Both the position numbers and the translations under genes were made by a program. Of a stretch of 64,000 bases of DNA, positions 38,301-47,592 are shown piece by piece. A model generated the notes under the pieces. It was not told the origin of the DNA, made no database searches, and worked only from the letters and a program-made list of their open reading frames with translations. The stretch covers positions 1-64,000 of the IMG/VR virus record IMGVR_UViG_3300027770_000039; one strand, 5' to 3'. Every line of letters begins with the position of its first letter. Position 1 is the first letter of the stretch. Origin of the DNA: a virus.

Positions 38301-41300
38301 TTTGCTGGGCTAAATCTTTTTACTTTGTTAATATGCTTGTGAATAATTCCTGAAACTATTTGATCGTATTGTTTTGGTGTTATATTTCCCGCTGACGTCA
38401 GTGCGGTTCTTATTTCTTTTTCCATAGGGTTTATGGCAAATTGTAAACTCTTTTTATCATAACCTAGCTGTGTTCCAATTTCATACAAAAGACCACCTGG
38501 GTGCATACCTTTTTTACGCATTTGCATAAAGTCATCTGCAAACATTTTTCCAGGTATTGTATCTCCTGGCGGAAGTCCTAGGCTAGCTCTTCTTCCATCT
38601 TGATCTGGGTGTGCAAGAATAGCATTCATCTTGCTTCCTTGCCAAAGCATTGTTGCTGGCAGGAATTGTCCTCCTGCATTTAATTTGTTACCACCAACTC
38701 CTGGACCGTTTATAGCGTACAATGTTTTTATATTATTTTGTGCTGTGTAAGGATCAATTACTGCTTCTCCAGGAGTAAGAACTACTGGAACTTCTCCGCC
38801 CTTATTCATTCCCATCATTGGCCCAAGAATATCCATATTTTCCGCTGTTGCCTGCTTGTTTACAACAAACGCTCCTTCTGGAAGAGTAGTTTGATAAGTG
38901 TCAGTGTTTCCAGTTCCAGGAACAATTCCACCAGTATTCATTTTAGGAATAGTTGTTTCATTAGAATAGCCTGCTCCGTAAGTCCTAACTCCAAGAGCTC
39001 TGGCAATTTTATCAATTATTTGAGCAGAAGGTCTCTTTGCTCTAAAAATTTCTTTAATATTGGCTTTACCTTTAGGGCTGACAACTGGTTGATTTATCAA
39101 AGGAACTTGTGTTAAGTTTGCAGTTTTACCCATACTAGCAGCCATCTGAGAAGTTGTTTGAGACATTAACATTTCTAGCTCAGCATTAATAGCAATTATT
39201 TTTGCACGAGCAGCGTCAAGATTAATTTTTCCTGCTTTTAATTGAGCTACTACTGCTGCTGATTGGCTTGCAGCATTTGTTGTTAACTGAGTCATTGCTG
39301 GAAGTAACTGTCCAAATGTTTTATTTATATCTGCACTAAATGTACCAGTTGTAGCAATTTCTTTCTTTAAATCAGCAACCTCTCTTTTTGACATCATAGA
39401 TAAGGTTCCCATTAATGCGTGCCACTTAGCCGCTTCTCCAGCAACTATTCCAGTTGATACTCCTCTTGATGTAGTTAATCCTTCGTACTCTGGTAAATTA
39501 CCTGTTGAAAATATTTGAGGAACAGCTCCTATTTTTTGATTTACAGGAATTGGTTGTGGGGTAAATGAGTGAATTGTTTGACTATTTTTTTGATCTTTGT
39601 TCATCGCAGAAACTGGGTTATGATGTGCTGCGGCTCTTGTTCCAATTGCTCCGATGTAAGGGCTATTAGGATTTACTGATCTTCCTCCTGCGGCAATAAC
39701 AGAATTTCCTGCCATTGTTGATACGCCTGGATTTGTAGCTATAATTGCACTATTGGCATCTGTTGCAAGTTTATTGTAAGAAGCGGAAAGTCTAGTTATA
39801 GATTGTTGAAGAATGTCTGCTGCTTTTGCATCACTGTAGAAGGTGGCTTCTACTAAGGCTCCTGCTTTATTTGCAGCAAGGATGTCTGGTGTGAGAAGTT
39901 TCCATCCAGCACCACCTTTAAATAACGCTCTAAACTGAGAAGCTCCTTTTATTATGTATCCAAAGAAGTTTGCAAGTACACCAGTTAACATAATCAGAGG
40001 TCCTGCAACTGCTGTCAGTCCTCCAAAGAAGGCCAATAATGATTTTAATGGAGCAGGTAGTTTATCTATAAACTTTAAAATTCCACTGACAATATTTATC
40101 AAATGAGTATTAATTGTTAAGAACTGTTCTCCTACGCCAGCAAGCTCTGCTTTAAGTGATTCTAAAGCTCTCTTGTATTTTCCAGAAGCAGATTCTGTAA
40201 CCATTGCTAATTCTCGTCCAGCAATGTTAGCTAGATCTTGAGAGCTTGCTTTCATTAAATCCATTACCTCTAAAGTTTGACTTCCTTGTTTTCCTAAATT
40301 TTCAAACAAAGCACTAATTCTTGCAAACTGGAATTTTCCAAACAGCTGCTCAATTGCTTGAGATTTTTGTAAAGGGTTTAGATTATCTAATCCTGCCTGT
40401 AAATCCAAAAGCGTAGCAGTAACATTTCCAGCGTTATCATTTACAATTGCTTTTAAGTTAATTCCAAAATCTGCAAATTTAGCAATAGCTACATCTGTTG
40501 GGTTAATTAAAGAAGCTAGTGCAGACTTAAGAGCATTTGCTCCTTCTGTTGCATTAATTCCGCCTTCTCTCATTGCTGTTAAATACAAAGCAAGATCTTG
40601 AACACTTCCTCCTAGACCTTTTATTACTGGTCCCGCTTTAGGGATTGCTTCTACTAAATCTGCAAGAGTTGTTGATGTCTGGTTTTCAACTGCGTTTAAA
40701 AAGTTAATTGATTCTGCTAACTCACCTGTATTTTGTTTAAAAGCTGATTGAATAGCAAGTGTGGCTTTCATTGCATCTTGTCTGTCAACTTCACCAAGTA
40801 CTGCAAGACGAGTTGTTTCTTTAATAGATCCTAGAAGTTCGTCTCCTTCTTTTCCAGTTGCAGCAATATCCGCTGCAAGACCTAAAGTTTCTTTAAATGA
40901 TGCTCCATATCCTTTTGCTAACTCTGCTGCTGTTGCTGAAACATCTGCTCTTATTTTTGCTAACTCTAAAGAAGATTTAGCAGTTAGTCCTCCATAAACT
41001 TTAGTTAATCTGGTTAACTCTTGATCTGCATTTCTAAATGCATCTGCTGAAGCCTTGCCAAATGCTGCAAGGGGTATAGTTAAACCTACTGTTAACTGAC
41101 GTCCTGCCCACTGAGTGTTCTTACCCCAGTTAATTAAAGAGTTGGCTCCTTCTTGAATTACTCTGTTCATGATTTGCAACTCTTGTCTTGCTAAAGCTGT
41201 TCTGTTTTTTACTTTGTCTAATCCAGTTGGAATATGAACATTGTATTGCATTAATCCTTCAGAGTTTTTACCTAGTGGTTGCAATATAGCATTCTGTAAC

Positions 41301-41650
41301 TGCACTTGTTGAGCAGCTAATTGTCTTACAATTCCGCTATTTGTTTTTACATGACCTTGATATACTTGAAAGAATTGTCTTAATTTTATTTGACCTTTAT
41401 CTAATTGAGATCCAAATTTCTCTACATCAGATTGAAGGTTTACGAAGTGGGTAGAAAATTGCCCAGTGCTTCTCATTGTTTCTGCAAAGGAACGGTTCAT
41501 TACCGCTGCTTGCGCTGAGAGGTTTTTGTTTGTTGCGTTTAGCTTTGTCTGTAAATTAGTTAAGGCTGAAGAAACCTTATTTAAGTCTACGATAAGGTTT
41601 GAAAAGTCTGCCGTAGCGACTATTCTGGTTACTATCTGATCTTCAGCCAT
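35378..41650 (-). CDS. Tape measure protein
   Basis: 2090 aa, Ala/Gly-rich and helical, TP901-like core; follows the tail chaperones. Confidence 0.93.
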   Translation of the reverse strand: MAEDQIVTRIVATADFSNLIVDLNKVSSALTNLQTKLNATNKNLSAQAAVMNRSFAETMRSTGQFSTHFVNLQSDVEKFGSQLDKGQIKLRQFFQVYQGHVKTNSGIVRQLAAQQVQLQNAILQPLGKNSEGLMQYNVHIPTGLDKVKNRTALARQELQIMNRVIQEGANSLINWGKNTQWAGRQLTVGLTIPLAAFGKASADAFRNADQELTRLTKVYGGLTAKSSLELAKIRADVSATAAELAKGYGASFKETLGLAADIAATGKEGDELLGSIKETTRLAVLGEVDRQDAMKATLAIQSAFKQNTGELAESINFLNAVENQTSTTLADLVEAIPKAGPVIKGLGGSVQDLALYLTAMREGGINATEGANALKSALASLINPTDVAIAKFADFGINLKAIVNDNAGNVTATLLDLQAGLDNLNPLQKSQAIEQLFGKFQFARISALFENLGKQGSQTLEVMDLMKASSQDLANIAGRELAMVTESASGKYKRALESLKAELAGVGEQFLTINTHLINIVSGILKFIDKLPAPLKSLLAFFGGLTAVAGPLIMLTGVLANFFGYIIKGASQFRALFKGGAGWKLLTPDILAANKAGALVEATFYSDAKAADILQQSITRLSASYNKLATDANSAIIATNPGVSTMAGNSVIAAGGRSVNPNSPYIGAIGTRAAAHHNPVSAMNKDQKNSQTIHSFTPQPIPVNQKIGAVPQIFSTGNLPEYEGLTTSRGVSTGIVAGEAAKWHALMGTLSMMSKREVADLKKEIATTGTFSADINKTFGQLLPAMTQLTTNAASQSAAVVAQLKAGKINLDAARAKIIAINAELEMLMSQTTSQMAASMGKTANLTQVPLINQPVVSPKGKANIKEIFRAKRPSAQIIDKIARALGVRTYGAGYSNETTIPKMNTGGIVPGTGNTDTYQTTLPEGAFVVNKQATAENMDILGPMMGMNKGGEVPVVLTPGEAVIDPYTAQNNIKTLYAINGPGVGGNKLNAGGQFLPATMLWQGSKMNAILAHPDQDGRRASLGLPPGDTIPGKMFADDFMQMRKKGMHPGGLLYEIGTQLGYDKKSLQFAINPMEKEIRTALTSAGNITPKQYDQIVSGIIHKHINKVKRFSPAKGRPVSFLEEIMSLGFQRNEKNKGVKKGSVKNVGFDGQKVPQPFISTGGGIPQSMAKPHYEKMQDLYPESQRQQSPSFGVGKTIKSVFGAERGHVAAGLPFGGMKFNPAVRGINPNNYSVNSHGRKAFLGMPLKKLAQGWANPRYIAPDANSIALTRKWKMGYNRGGMVGGLQASPRGYNAGGMIAQMALGMVGSQMLGGMGQNIGGDAGGMMGSMAGFMLPGMLMGGAGAARSKMAPGSDEAYEKYAGKLDKAYRANNKYALSLANSAAQGSKVSRVLMGLVGGLTKTNLALAVGTTVVMASYKAYKVHQENLRLNALSYGLTGDAAKKAGLNITEYKTSLKDSMSILKDTIERNQMLYDSMNSAGIPIKMTIEEYRKLKEEVKSSMSDSIAAINKMKESDLKDYAERLKTQMIAGGMAAEEATKKIYAAFAMSEKFALAGSSTVGNSYFNEIKDAATAATEAFKVLNEVFGSEDLASQRNALTTAFAAANAAVEESISNSKNKLSLIQAEKIVSDSISQNVKFRKGITSDILKDAISQNKEAEKFLSLQDTGLSMWQKIRLQAQGYTGDLNKGAAATNALFTLRAMISEDVAKDSIAQGGALFELNNSLIELEKRKAQAAASSKGQSAKAQIDSRKAIEAIDEKIRKIKEEADARRKALSNQQKDENFLTAIKKKQLEYQDALAAGDMSKAAMAQLDIKSLNKEKQTDVAVSAIDSKESADIKVLEEQKKRISDSNQKIADSASLAGNNLGRFDKEIDATKLKMSEWQTALSNFFLYDMDPKNKSKGTSLPGAQLVDAAKKIPGFDMPSPTDRGRPKTTTEIAREISDKYAESLKDIKAESVYITAAKIVEDSTNKKTDTSILGKIKTGLGKAFMGFASPYANMASGSKPKMATGGLVKMMNSGGPVINSVPRYNNGGNVYSSKSSSSSSVIIQSMPIHFAQSPNNPKEFFAQIEEMARQKGIKVLAGGRSI

Positions 41651-41660
41651 CTATATTATT

Positions 41661-42029
41661 TTACACCCTTGAGTATCCTAAGCCTGCGCCAATTCCAAAG
41701 CCTGCTTCATCAGCATAACTTCCTTGTAGTGAGACTACGTCGTCTGCACTTGCCTGTATACCCAGAGCCTTTCTTTTTATATCTTCAAAACTATTGCTTT
41801 CTTCTACGGAGCTTTCGTTTAAGTTAACTCCTTGCAAAGATGCTAAAAACTTTCTTTTTTCATCTTCCGTTTTGTGCATAGATTTAAAGGTTTGAATTAT
41901 TTCTGGCATTGAAAGATTTTCTTCGAGCTCTTCGTAATTTTTCCAATTACCTAAAAGAAAAACTTCCCCTAAGAGAGCGGCTAAATCGAGTTCTGACCAA
42001 CTAGAGCTCGTGCCGCTTCCAGGTTTGGG
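41661..42029 (-). CDS. Tail assembly chaperone, -1 frameshifted C-terminal part (gpT-like)
   Basis: The frame of ORF 41661..41909 is open upstream to the slippery site (...SWSELDLAALLGEVFLLGNWKNYEELEENLSMPE). Confidence 0.8.
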   Translation of the reverse strand, partial: PKPGSGTSSSWSELDLAALLGEVFLLGNWKNYEELEENLSMPEIIQTFKSMHKTEDEKRKFLASLQGVNLNESSVEESNSFEDIKRKALGIQASADDVVSLQGSYADEAGFGIGAGLGYSRV

Positions 42030-42319
42030 TCGTCAAGTTTAATTCCTCCGCAAACTTCAAGAATTCGATTAATTGTCGGCATGTCTAGTGCGTCTTCTAA
42101 TTTATCTCTGTCTGCTACTAATTCTGGTACTTGTGACTCAATTGCAATTCCACTTGCTGCAATTAAAATTGAAAGTGTTTCATCTTCATTTGCTGCAGTT
42201 TCTGTCTTTTTAATTTCTGCCATGAATTTTCGCAATGCTTTAATTGTCAATGGTTTTAACTTGACCTTTGCTCCATTTTGAAGTTCAATTTCTTCTACAT
42301 CATATACTGTTGTTGCCAA
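41981..42319 (-). CDS. Tail assembly chaperone (gpG-like)
   Basis: Lies between the major tail and tape measure genes; TTG start with AGGAGG. Confidence 0.85.
   Translation of the reverse strand: MATTVYDVEEIELQNGAKVKLKPLTIKALRKFMAEIKKTETAANEDETLSILIAASGIAIESQVPELVADRDKLEDALDMPTINRILEVCGGIKLDDPNLEAARALVGQNSI
42023..42029 (-). other. Programmed -1 frameshift slippery site
   Basis: C CCA AAC (X XXY YYZ) in frame at Asp-Pro-Asn. Confidence 0.8.
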
Positions 42320-42375
42320 TTTATCCTCCTTGGATAGTTAAAATTATTATAACATATAGCAAACATAAGGGCAAT

Positions 42376-42403
42376 AAAAAGCCCCCCAAATAATGGGGGG
42401 CTT
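42376..42403 (-). terminator. Intrinsic terminator after the major tail gene
   Basis: AAGCCCCCCA-TTATT-TGGGGGGCTT followed by TTT. Confidence 0.9.
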
Positions 42404-42424
42404 CTATTAATTAATTTATATTAA

Positions 42425-43198
42425 TTAGTTCCAAGTACGGTCTATAATTACGCCATACTCTGAACCTGCATCACCTGATGCTCCTGATGGAAGCAAACGG
42501 AATGTTACTGGGAATGTTGATGCTGCGTTACGAGCCAAAGAGAACTGTGACTGTTGTACAGAAAGAACACGACGAGCATAATATACACGCTCTGTTTTTG
42601 ATGTTGCATCGCTTGTTGGAGCTTGTCCAACTGCAATTAGCTGACGCTCAACTGGGGCTGCGCCAAGGGCACCTGCCTCAAGTCCAAGAACTCCACCACT
42701 TAGTGTTGAAGCCTTTTGTCCAAATACCGCAAGAACGTTTTCAAGAGTACCTTCTGCGAATTCTGTTGCAATCATAACCTCCATAGCAGACTTAAACAGC
42801 TTAGCTGTATCAAGTAACTGATCTACAGTCACTGAGTCGTATGTTGGGTTGTAAGTAATTTGCAAACCGTTGTTTGTGTAACCTACGTTACGGTATGCTG
42901 CACCAGTTGTTCCTGGTGTAGTATCGATTGCGTTAAGTGAATCAATGTATGATGAACCTGCAACGTAACCAGTTACTGGGGATCCAGAACCTGCAGCACC
43001 GTTTTTAAATGCTGGTACTAATGTATTACGTGAAGCAGTTCCTGCTACTGCTGCTGTTGGTGTTGCTGTGTTTGAGGTCGCAACTGCTGCTGGGACCATG
43101 CTAGAATTATATCCTGTTGTTGTTGAATCTTCTACTGATAAAAACAGTGGAGATGCACCAACAAGAATATTTCTAGCGTTACCTGTATTTTGTGCCAT
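42425..43198 (-). CDS. Major tail tube protein
   Basis: NILVGA, VGYTNNGLQITY, VDQLLD and FPVTFRLLP motifs; canonical position. Confidence 0.85.
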   Translation of the reverse strand: MAQNTGNARNILVGASPLFLSVEDSTTTGYNSSMVPAAVATSNTATPTAAVAGTASRNTLVPAFKNGAAGSGSPVTGYVAGSSYIDSLNAIDTTPGTTGAAYRNVGYTNNGLQITYNPTYDSVTVDQLLDTAKLFKSAMEVMIATEFAEGTLENVLAVFGQKASTLSGGVLGLEAGALGAAPVERQLIAVGQAPTSDATSKTERVYYARRVLSVQQSQFSLARNAASTFPVTFRLLPSGASGDAGSEYGVIIDRTWN

Positions 43199-43304
43199 TA
43201 ATTTATTCCTCCTATATATATATACATATTAAAATCTTTTAATCAAGCTGGCTAGGCTTCTTTCCTCTAAGGCAATTATACGGAACAAGTCAACCAAAAG
43301 CAAC

Positions 43305-43817
43305 TTATAGAAATCTTCCTACCCTATCTACCATTCTGGCATACTTTACTTCCAAAATGACATCTGAAGACATTAGACCCTGCATTTCCTCTGATGGCTC
43401 TGTTGGGGATATATCGGCTACAAAAATGCTAAAAAATTTGAATTTATTAGATAGGCTTGCAAACCTATTTACGTCTCTTGCGGACTCGTCTACCCTTCTA
43501 AACTCATCAATCATAAAATTCCTAATCTCATTGATTTCTGAAACATCTGGGGAGTATATAGTAAAGAGTACCTGCTCACAGCAGACCATCCAATTTTCCT
43601 CATATGAGGTTCCAATTTTGTCATAAACTATATGTTTTTTTCCACTCAAAAATTGATCCATTTCAGATACCTGTTGGACAGGAATAATGGGAACTATTTT
43701 GTCGTTTATACTATCGCTAAAATATTCGTTCTCATCAAATATTTCAGCTGCCACCAATTTAGACCATAAAAATTTTCTTATTTCTAGAATTGCATCTAGT
43801 TTATAATTTGCTGTCAT
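43305..43817 (-). CDS. Probable tail terminator protein
   Basis: Position and size. Confidence 0.55.
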   Translation of the reverse strand: MTANYKLDAILEIRKFLWSKLVAAEIFDENEYFSDSINDKIVPIIPVQQVSEMDQFLSGKKHIVYDKIGTSYEENWMVCCEQVLFTIYSPDVSEINEIRNFMIDEFRRVDESARDVNRFASLSNKFKFFSIFVADISPTEPSEEMQGLMSSDVILEVKYARMVDRVGRFL

Positions 43818-44602
43818 ATTAATGAGCCTCCAAATGACATCTCTACTGCTGAGTCCGCCATGCTTCTAATTGAATTTGGAGAAAATGAATATTGAACTGT
43901 TTTAATTGTTGCTGGTATTTTTAATGCTTTCATTGAAGCTGAATTAAATATATCTTTAAATCCAGATTTTTTAATAGATGAACTTACAAGGTTCCCGCTA
44001 AAAAATCTTGAATATTGTAAAGTAAATTGATTTTTAACACTAGGTCCTCCTGGCCTTTTAACGGTCACTGAAGCCCCTTTGGGCATAAAGACTGTCTCAC
44101 CATTGGATTCAAATACTAACCTCTCAGAATGGCGTGGAGCAATTTTAAGAGCCATTCCTGACTCCATCACAGACGCTTTGTTTTGAAATACGTGTTTCCT
44201 TTGTTTTTCTGGTCCAGGGACAAATGTTTTTGATGGTTCAAATTTAAAATTAACTTTAAAAGATATTCCTGCAGAATCTAAAGATGTTAGACTAAACAAT
44301 CTATCATTTGCACTTCCAGTCTTACCCCATTCATATACATGGTGAAATGCTTTTGGCTTTGATCTTGCTTGTGAATCTATGTATTGCCCAAAATCTTTTT
44401 CTATTTGATTAAACACTACTTTTTTAAAAGTACTTTTAAACTTTTTGCTATTGCTTAATTTGGCAACTACATTTGCTTGATAATATAAGGCAGCAGAAAT
44501 TTGTGCAATATTGCTGTCTTGAATAATTCCCTTTGGGCTTTTGTTATACATTAATCTTTCAAGACCAGAAGCTGCTTGAAGCAGCATTACGTTAGATTCC
44601 AA
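43814..44602 (-). CDS. Neck/tail completion protein
   Basis: Position; HHVYEW motif. Confidence 0.55.
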   Translation of the reverse strand: MESNVMLLQAASGLERLMYNKSPKGIIQDSNIAQISAALYYQANVVAKLSNSKKFKSTFKKVVFNQIEKDFGQYIDSQARSKPKAFHHVYEWGKTGSANDRLFSLTSLDSAGISFKVNFKFEPSKTFVPGPEKQRKHVFQNKASVMESGMALKIAPRHSERLVFESNGETVFMPKGASVTVKRPGGPSVKNQFTLQYSRFFSGNLVSSSIKKSGFKDIFNSASMKALKIPATIKTVQYSFSPNSIRSMADSAVEMSFGGSLI

Positions 44603-45020
44603 TTTGTTGATTCTCCGATCTCTTTAGAGAAGAATTATAACCAATTACTCTACCAAATGGATCTGTTATAGGACTACTTCCAATAACTTCAAATACTGTG
44701 GGTGTCTCTGATGGATAGTCTTGCTCTGTCCAAATTGATTTTCCGTCCCTGTCTTTAATGTTTGAAACCTTGTGCCTTAAAGATATTTTACTTTCGGTAC
44801 GAACTTGAATAATTTGCTCGTTTTTGTATTTGTTAGAAAAAGATTGGGCGTCTCCAGATCTAGAAGTTGAAGAATTACTTATAATGCTTTTTGCATAGCA
44901 TGGAATTGTTGAGTAATAAGACCATTCTTTTTTTATAGCACCAGTATTATCATCTTGAATATCTGTTTGTCTATAGATATCCAAGTTCATAGGCAACATG
45001 GACTGTATTAAATCTATCAT
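44592..45020 (-). CDS. Head-tail stopper
   Basis: DIYRQ...QDDNTGAIKKEW pattern; position. Confidence 0.6.
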   Translation of the reverse strand: MIDLIQSMLPMNLDIYRQTDIQDDNTGAIKKEWSYYSTIPCYAKSIISNSSTSRSGDAQSFSNKYKNEQIIQVRTESKISLRHKVSNIKDRDGKSIWTEQDYPSETPTVFEVIGSSPITDPFGRVIGYNSSLKRSENQQIGI

Positions 45021-46006
45021 TAAATTACTACCATATTACTTAAAACATATGAGCTTAGTAACTGGTCTGCGTAGGCATTTCCAGTTCCAGCATATGCGCT
45101 AGAGCTATATTCAAATTTCCAATCAAATGCTTGAACATTTTTTGCGTATTTGTTTCTCCAGATAGAATCTTTAGAAAAGTAATCTTTCATTAACTCAATA
45201 CAAGCTTGGCTAACTTCTGTTGGAATCCTGTCCCATCCAAATTGACCATGAATTGTGTATCTAATATTTTTTCCAAACAAAAAACCGTCGCTATCATTAA
45301 CGCTAGGTGGCACAAATCCATTTGCAGTATAAACTGCATTGTCTATTGAATTAGTTTTATTGATTCTAATTCCAAAACCAGTTTCTGAAATAATTGGATT
45401 AAATATCCAGTTGTTGACAGCAGGGACAGATTGATTGTCAATTAAAAGGATATCGTTAGAATACAGTTTATTTAGTTTATTTATTTTATAAGGTAATACT
45501 AATACGTCTGAGTCTGATCCGTATACTACTTCTACGTCTTGGTATAAGTAAAACTCTTGACGTGTATGTCCTTCTATAATTTTTCTAGCATATCTCTCTG
45601 CAGATTGAATCTCTTGATAATTTTTATAATTTGGATCGCTAGGGTCTGATCCAAAATTTAGATCTTGCAAATGCTCATTAATGTTTATGTAAGGAGTGAC
45701 TACATCAACATATGATGCATGGTATCCCTCTGTTCCAGAAATTGAATACGACCAAACTAGCTTGAAACTTCTATTTCTTTCCGTATAGTTAAAAGGCAAT
45801 ATAACTTGATACGATCCAGAATCTGTTTCTACGCTAGTGGCCGTAAGTGTTGTTAAGATTGTAGTTGGGGAAATGGCAGGGACTATAGAAGGATCTTTTG
45901 TAACATCGTAAACTTTTACTGTAACTGTGTCTGGGCTGACAAGTTCAGACTCCCAATATATTTTGCTTTTTATTGGAGTCCTGCTATTTACATAAATCTC
46001 TGCCAT
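45020..46006 (-). CDS. Head-tail adaptor
   Basis: ARKIIEGHTRQEF, FGWDRIP.EV.QA and GTGNAYADQLL motifs. Confidence 0.65.
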   Translation of the reverse strand: MAEIYVNSRTPIKSKIYWESELVSPDTVTVKVYDVTKDPSIVPAISPTTILTTLTATSVETDSGSYQVILPFNYTERNRSFKLVWSYSISGTEGYHASYVDVVTPYININEHLQDLNFGSDPSDPNYKNYQEIQSAERYARKIIEGHTRQEFYLYQDVEVVYGSDSDVLVLPYKINKLNKLYSNDILLIDNQSVPAVNNWIFNPIISETGFGIRINKTNSIDNAVYTANGFVPPSVNDSDGFLFGKNIRYTIHGQFGWDRIPTEVSQACIELMKDYFSKDSIWRNKYAKNVQAFDWKFEYSSSAYAGTGNAYADQLLSSYVLSNMVVI

Positions 46007-46020
46007 TTTAAAAGGTTAAA

Positions 46021-46416
46021 TTAACTGTAGAAGTCTTGAACTTCCCTTGGGGTAGCTAATCTAAAACCTTCCTCCTTATCAAAAATTTCTTGAGCAGCTT
46101 CTGCAGACATTGCAACAAATGGATGTTCTTTTGTAAAAGTAAATCCTAAAGCATCGTATCTGTAATTGTCTCTTTCCATCTTAACTAACAAAGAATTTGG
46201 ATCTACTTCCTGATTTAAATCAAATCTTGGTAATACTTCAATTTCTTCTTTAGCTTCTTCAACATCTTTAATTGCTTTACTATACACTTCCCAGGTTACC
46301 CCGTCTTCTGTTAGCGCCGCAATAATGTCGGCTTTTCCTTTTAAATCACTTGCGTCTACGCCGAAGTCTTCGGCTGCCTTCTTTAATTCAGATAATTTCA
46401 ATGTCTCGAATGACAT
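46021..46416 (-). CDS. Hypothetical protein with a Rho-N/HeH-like N-terminus
   Basis: LKLSELKKAA..FGV....KADIIAAL; promoter TGATATAAT at 46452-46444. Confidence 0.65.
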   Translation of the reverse strand: MSFETLKLSELKKAAEDFGVDASDLKGKADIIAALTEDGVTWEVYSKAIKDVEEAKEEIEVLPRFDLNQEVDPNSLLVKMERDNYRYDALGFTFTKEHPFVAMSAEAAQEIFDKEEGFRLATPREVQDFYS

Positions 46417-46467
46417 ATGTTCTCCTTTTGGTTAGGTCGTTTAATTATATCACTAGTAAATTCAAAT

Positions 46468-46500
46468 GAAAAGCCCCCAAATTAAATTGGAGGCTTTTCT
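46468..46500 (-). terminator. Terminator after the capsid gene
   Basis: GAAAAGCCTCCAA-loop-TTGGGGGCTTTTC. Confidence 0.8.
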
Positions 46501-46524
46501 TTAGATAAATAGATTATTTCTTAA

Positions 46525-47571
46525 TTAAGAAGCAACCTTAACATCTTTTACAACTACCCAAGCATCTGGTTGTTCGATTTGAACGCCAACTCGAGTATAC
46601 ATTGTGTACTCAATGGAGTCCTTACGAGGCCAGAAGAATCGGTAAACAGTTACATCACGCTTGATACCAATAACTACGTTATTTGGGAATGTCAAGTGGA
46701 TATCTCCGTGTGAACCTGATGGGCTTGCATATGTACCTGTTTGTGTCTCAGGAAGAAGTGGTACTTCAACAATTGGAATACCAAATGCGAAAGGTGCTAC
46801 ATATCCTGCTGCTCCACCAAGTCCTGGTGTTGCTCCACGGATAACGCTTGATGCGATATCTTGTGGGATTGTCTGGTTTGTGCCAATGCTGTTAGCATAT
46901 AGGAAATCCTGAATTAGGTTTGATCCTGCTAAGAAGCGAAGGTCTCCACGACGTTGCATGTATTTACGTGGCATTGCTTTTAATGCCTTGTTAAATAGCT
47001 CACGAGAAACTCCAGCTCCAGCTCCAGCTACAACTCGGCCATTGGCCTTAGATTTAGCTACAACTCCTTGGAATGCCTTGTACAGTGCATCTGATCCGCT
47101 GCCAACACCATTAAGGATTACATCCTCAATGTCGTTTCCTGCTTGTGTTGCCATCAATCGTGCAATGTGATCTTCTAGATCTGCACCCTCAATGTTGTCT
47201 TCTAGAGACTCAGTTGAAAGCTCCCAGTCTAGGCGCAATTTCTTTGTTGTCAAAGAAATCTTTGAGAAAGTAACTGCTGCGTTTGAAGCAGTGTCATCTC
47301 CTTCTGTTGCAAGTTTCATAAGCTTTTCGCCTACTGACATGCGGTCAATTTCTGCAGTGTCTGCTCTCATTCGAACGGTACGTGCGACTTTTCCAATTAC
47401 GGTTGCATCGAACATATAGTCTAAGAAGCGAGCTGACTGTTCTGGGTTAAGTAAACCACCGTTTCCGTTTTCGGAACCAGCGTGTGTACCTGTACCACCA
47501 GTAGTGGACGCAAAAGTACTTGTTGCTGTTGTACCAGCTGCGATTGTCTTTTCTAATGTTTCATTGCTCAT
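46525..47571 (-). CDS. Major capsid protein (HK97 fold)
   Basis: GGLLNPEQ, LTTKKL...LSTESLEDNIEG, INGxG-like 'ILNGVG', AFGIPIV. Confidence 0.92.
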   Translation of the reverse strand: MSNETLEKTIAAGTTATSTFASTTGGTGTHAGSENGNGGLLNPEQSARFLDYMFDATVIGKVARTVRMRADTAEIDRMSVGEKLMKLATEGDDTASNAAVTFSKISLTTKKLRLDWELSTESLEDNIEGADLEDHIARLMATQAGNDIEDVILNGVGSGSDALYKAFQGVVAKSKANGRVVAGAGAGVSRELFNKALKAMPRKYMQRRGDLRFLAGSNLIQDFLYANSIGTNQTIPQDIASSVIRGATPGLGGAAGYVAPFAFGIPIVEVPLLPETQTGTYASPSGSHGDIHLTFPNNVVIGIKRDVTVYRFFWPRKDSIEYTMYTRVGVQIEQPDAWVVVKDVKVAS

Positions 47572-47592
47572 TATTTTATTTCTCCTTATTTC

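Noticed and set aside
43212-43230. (TA)n run upstream of the major tail gene
   Set aside because: Short AT-rich stretch next to the SD, with no evidence of function beyond a possible translational enhancer.
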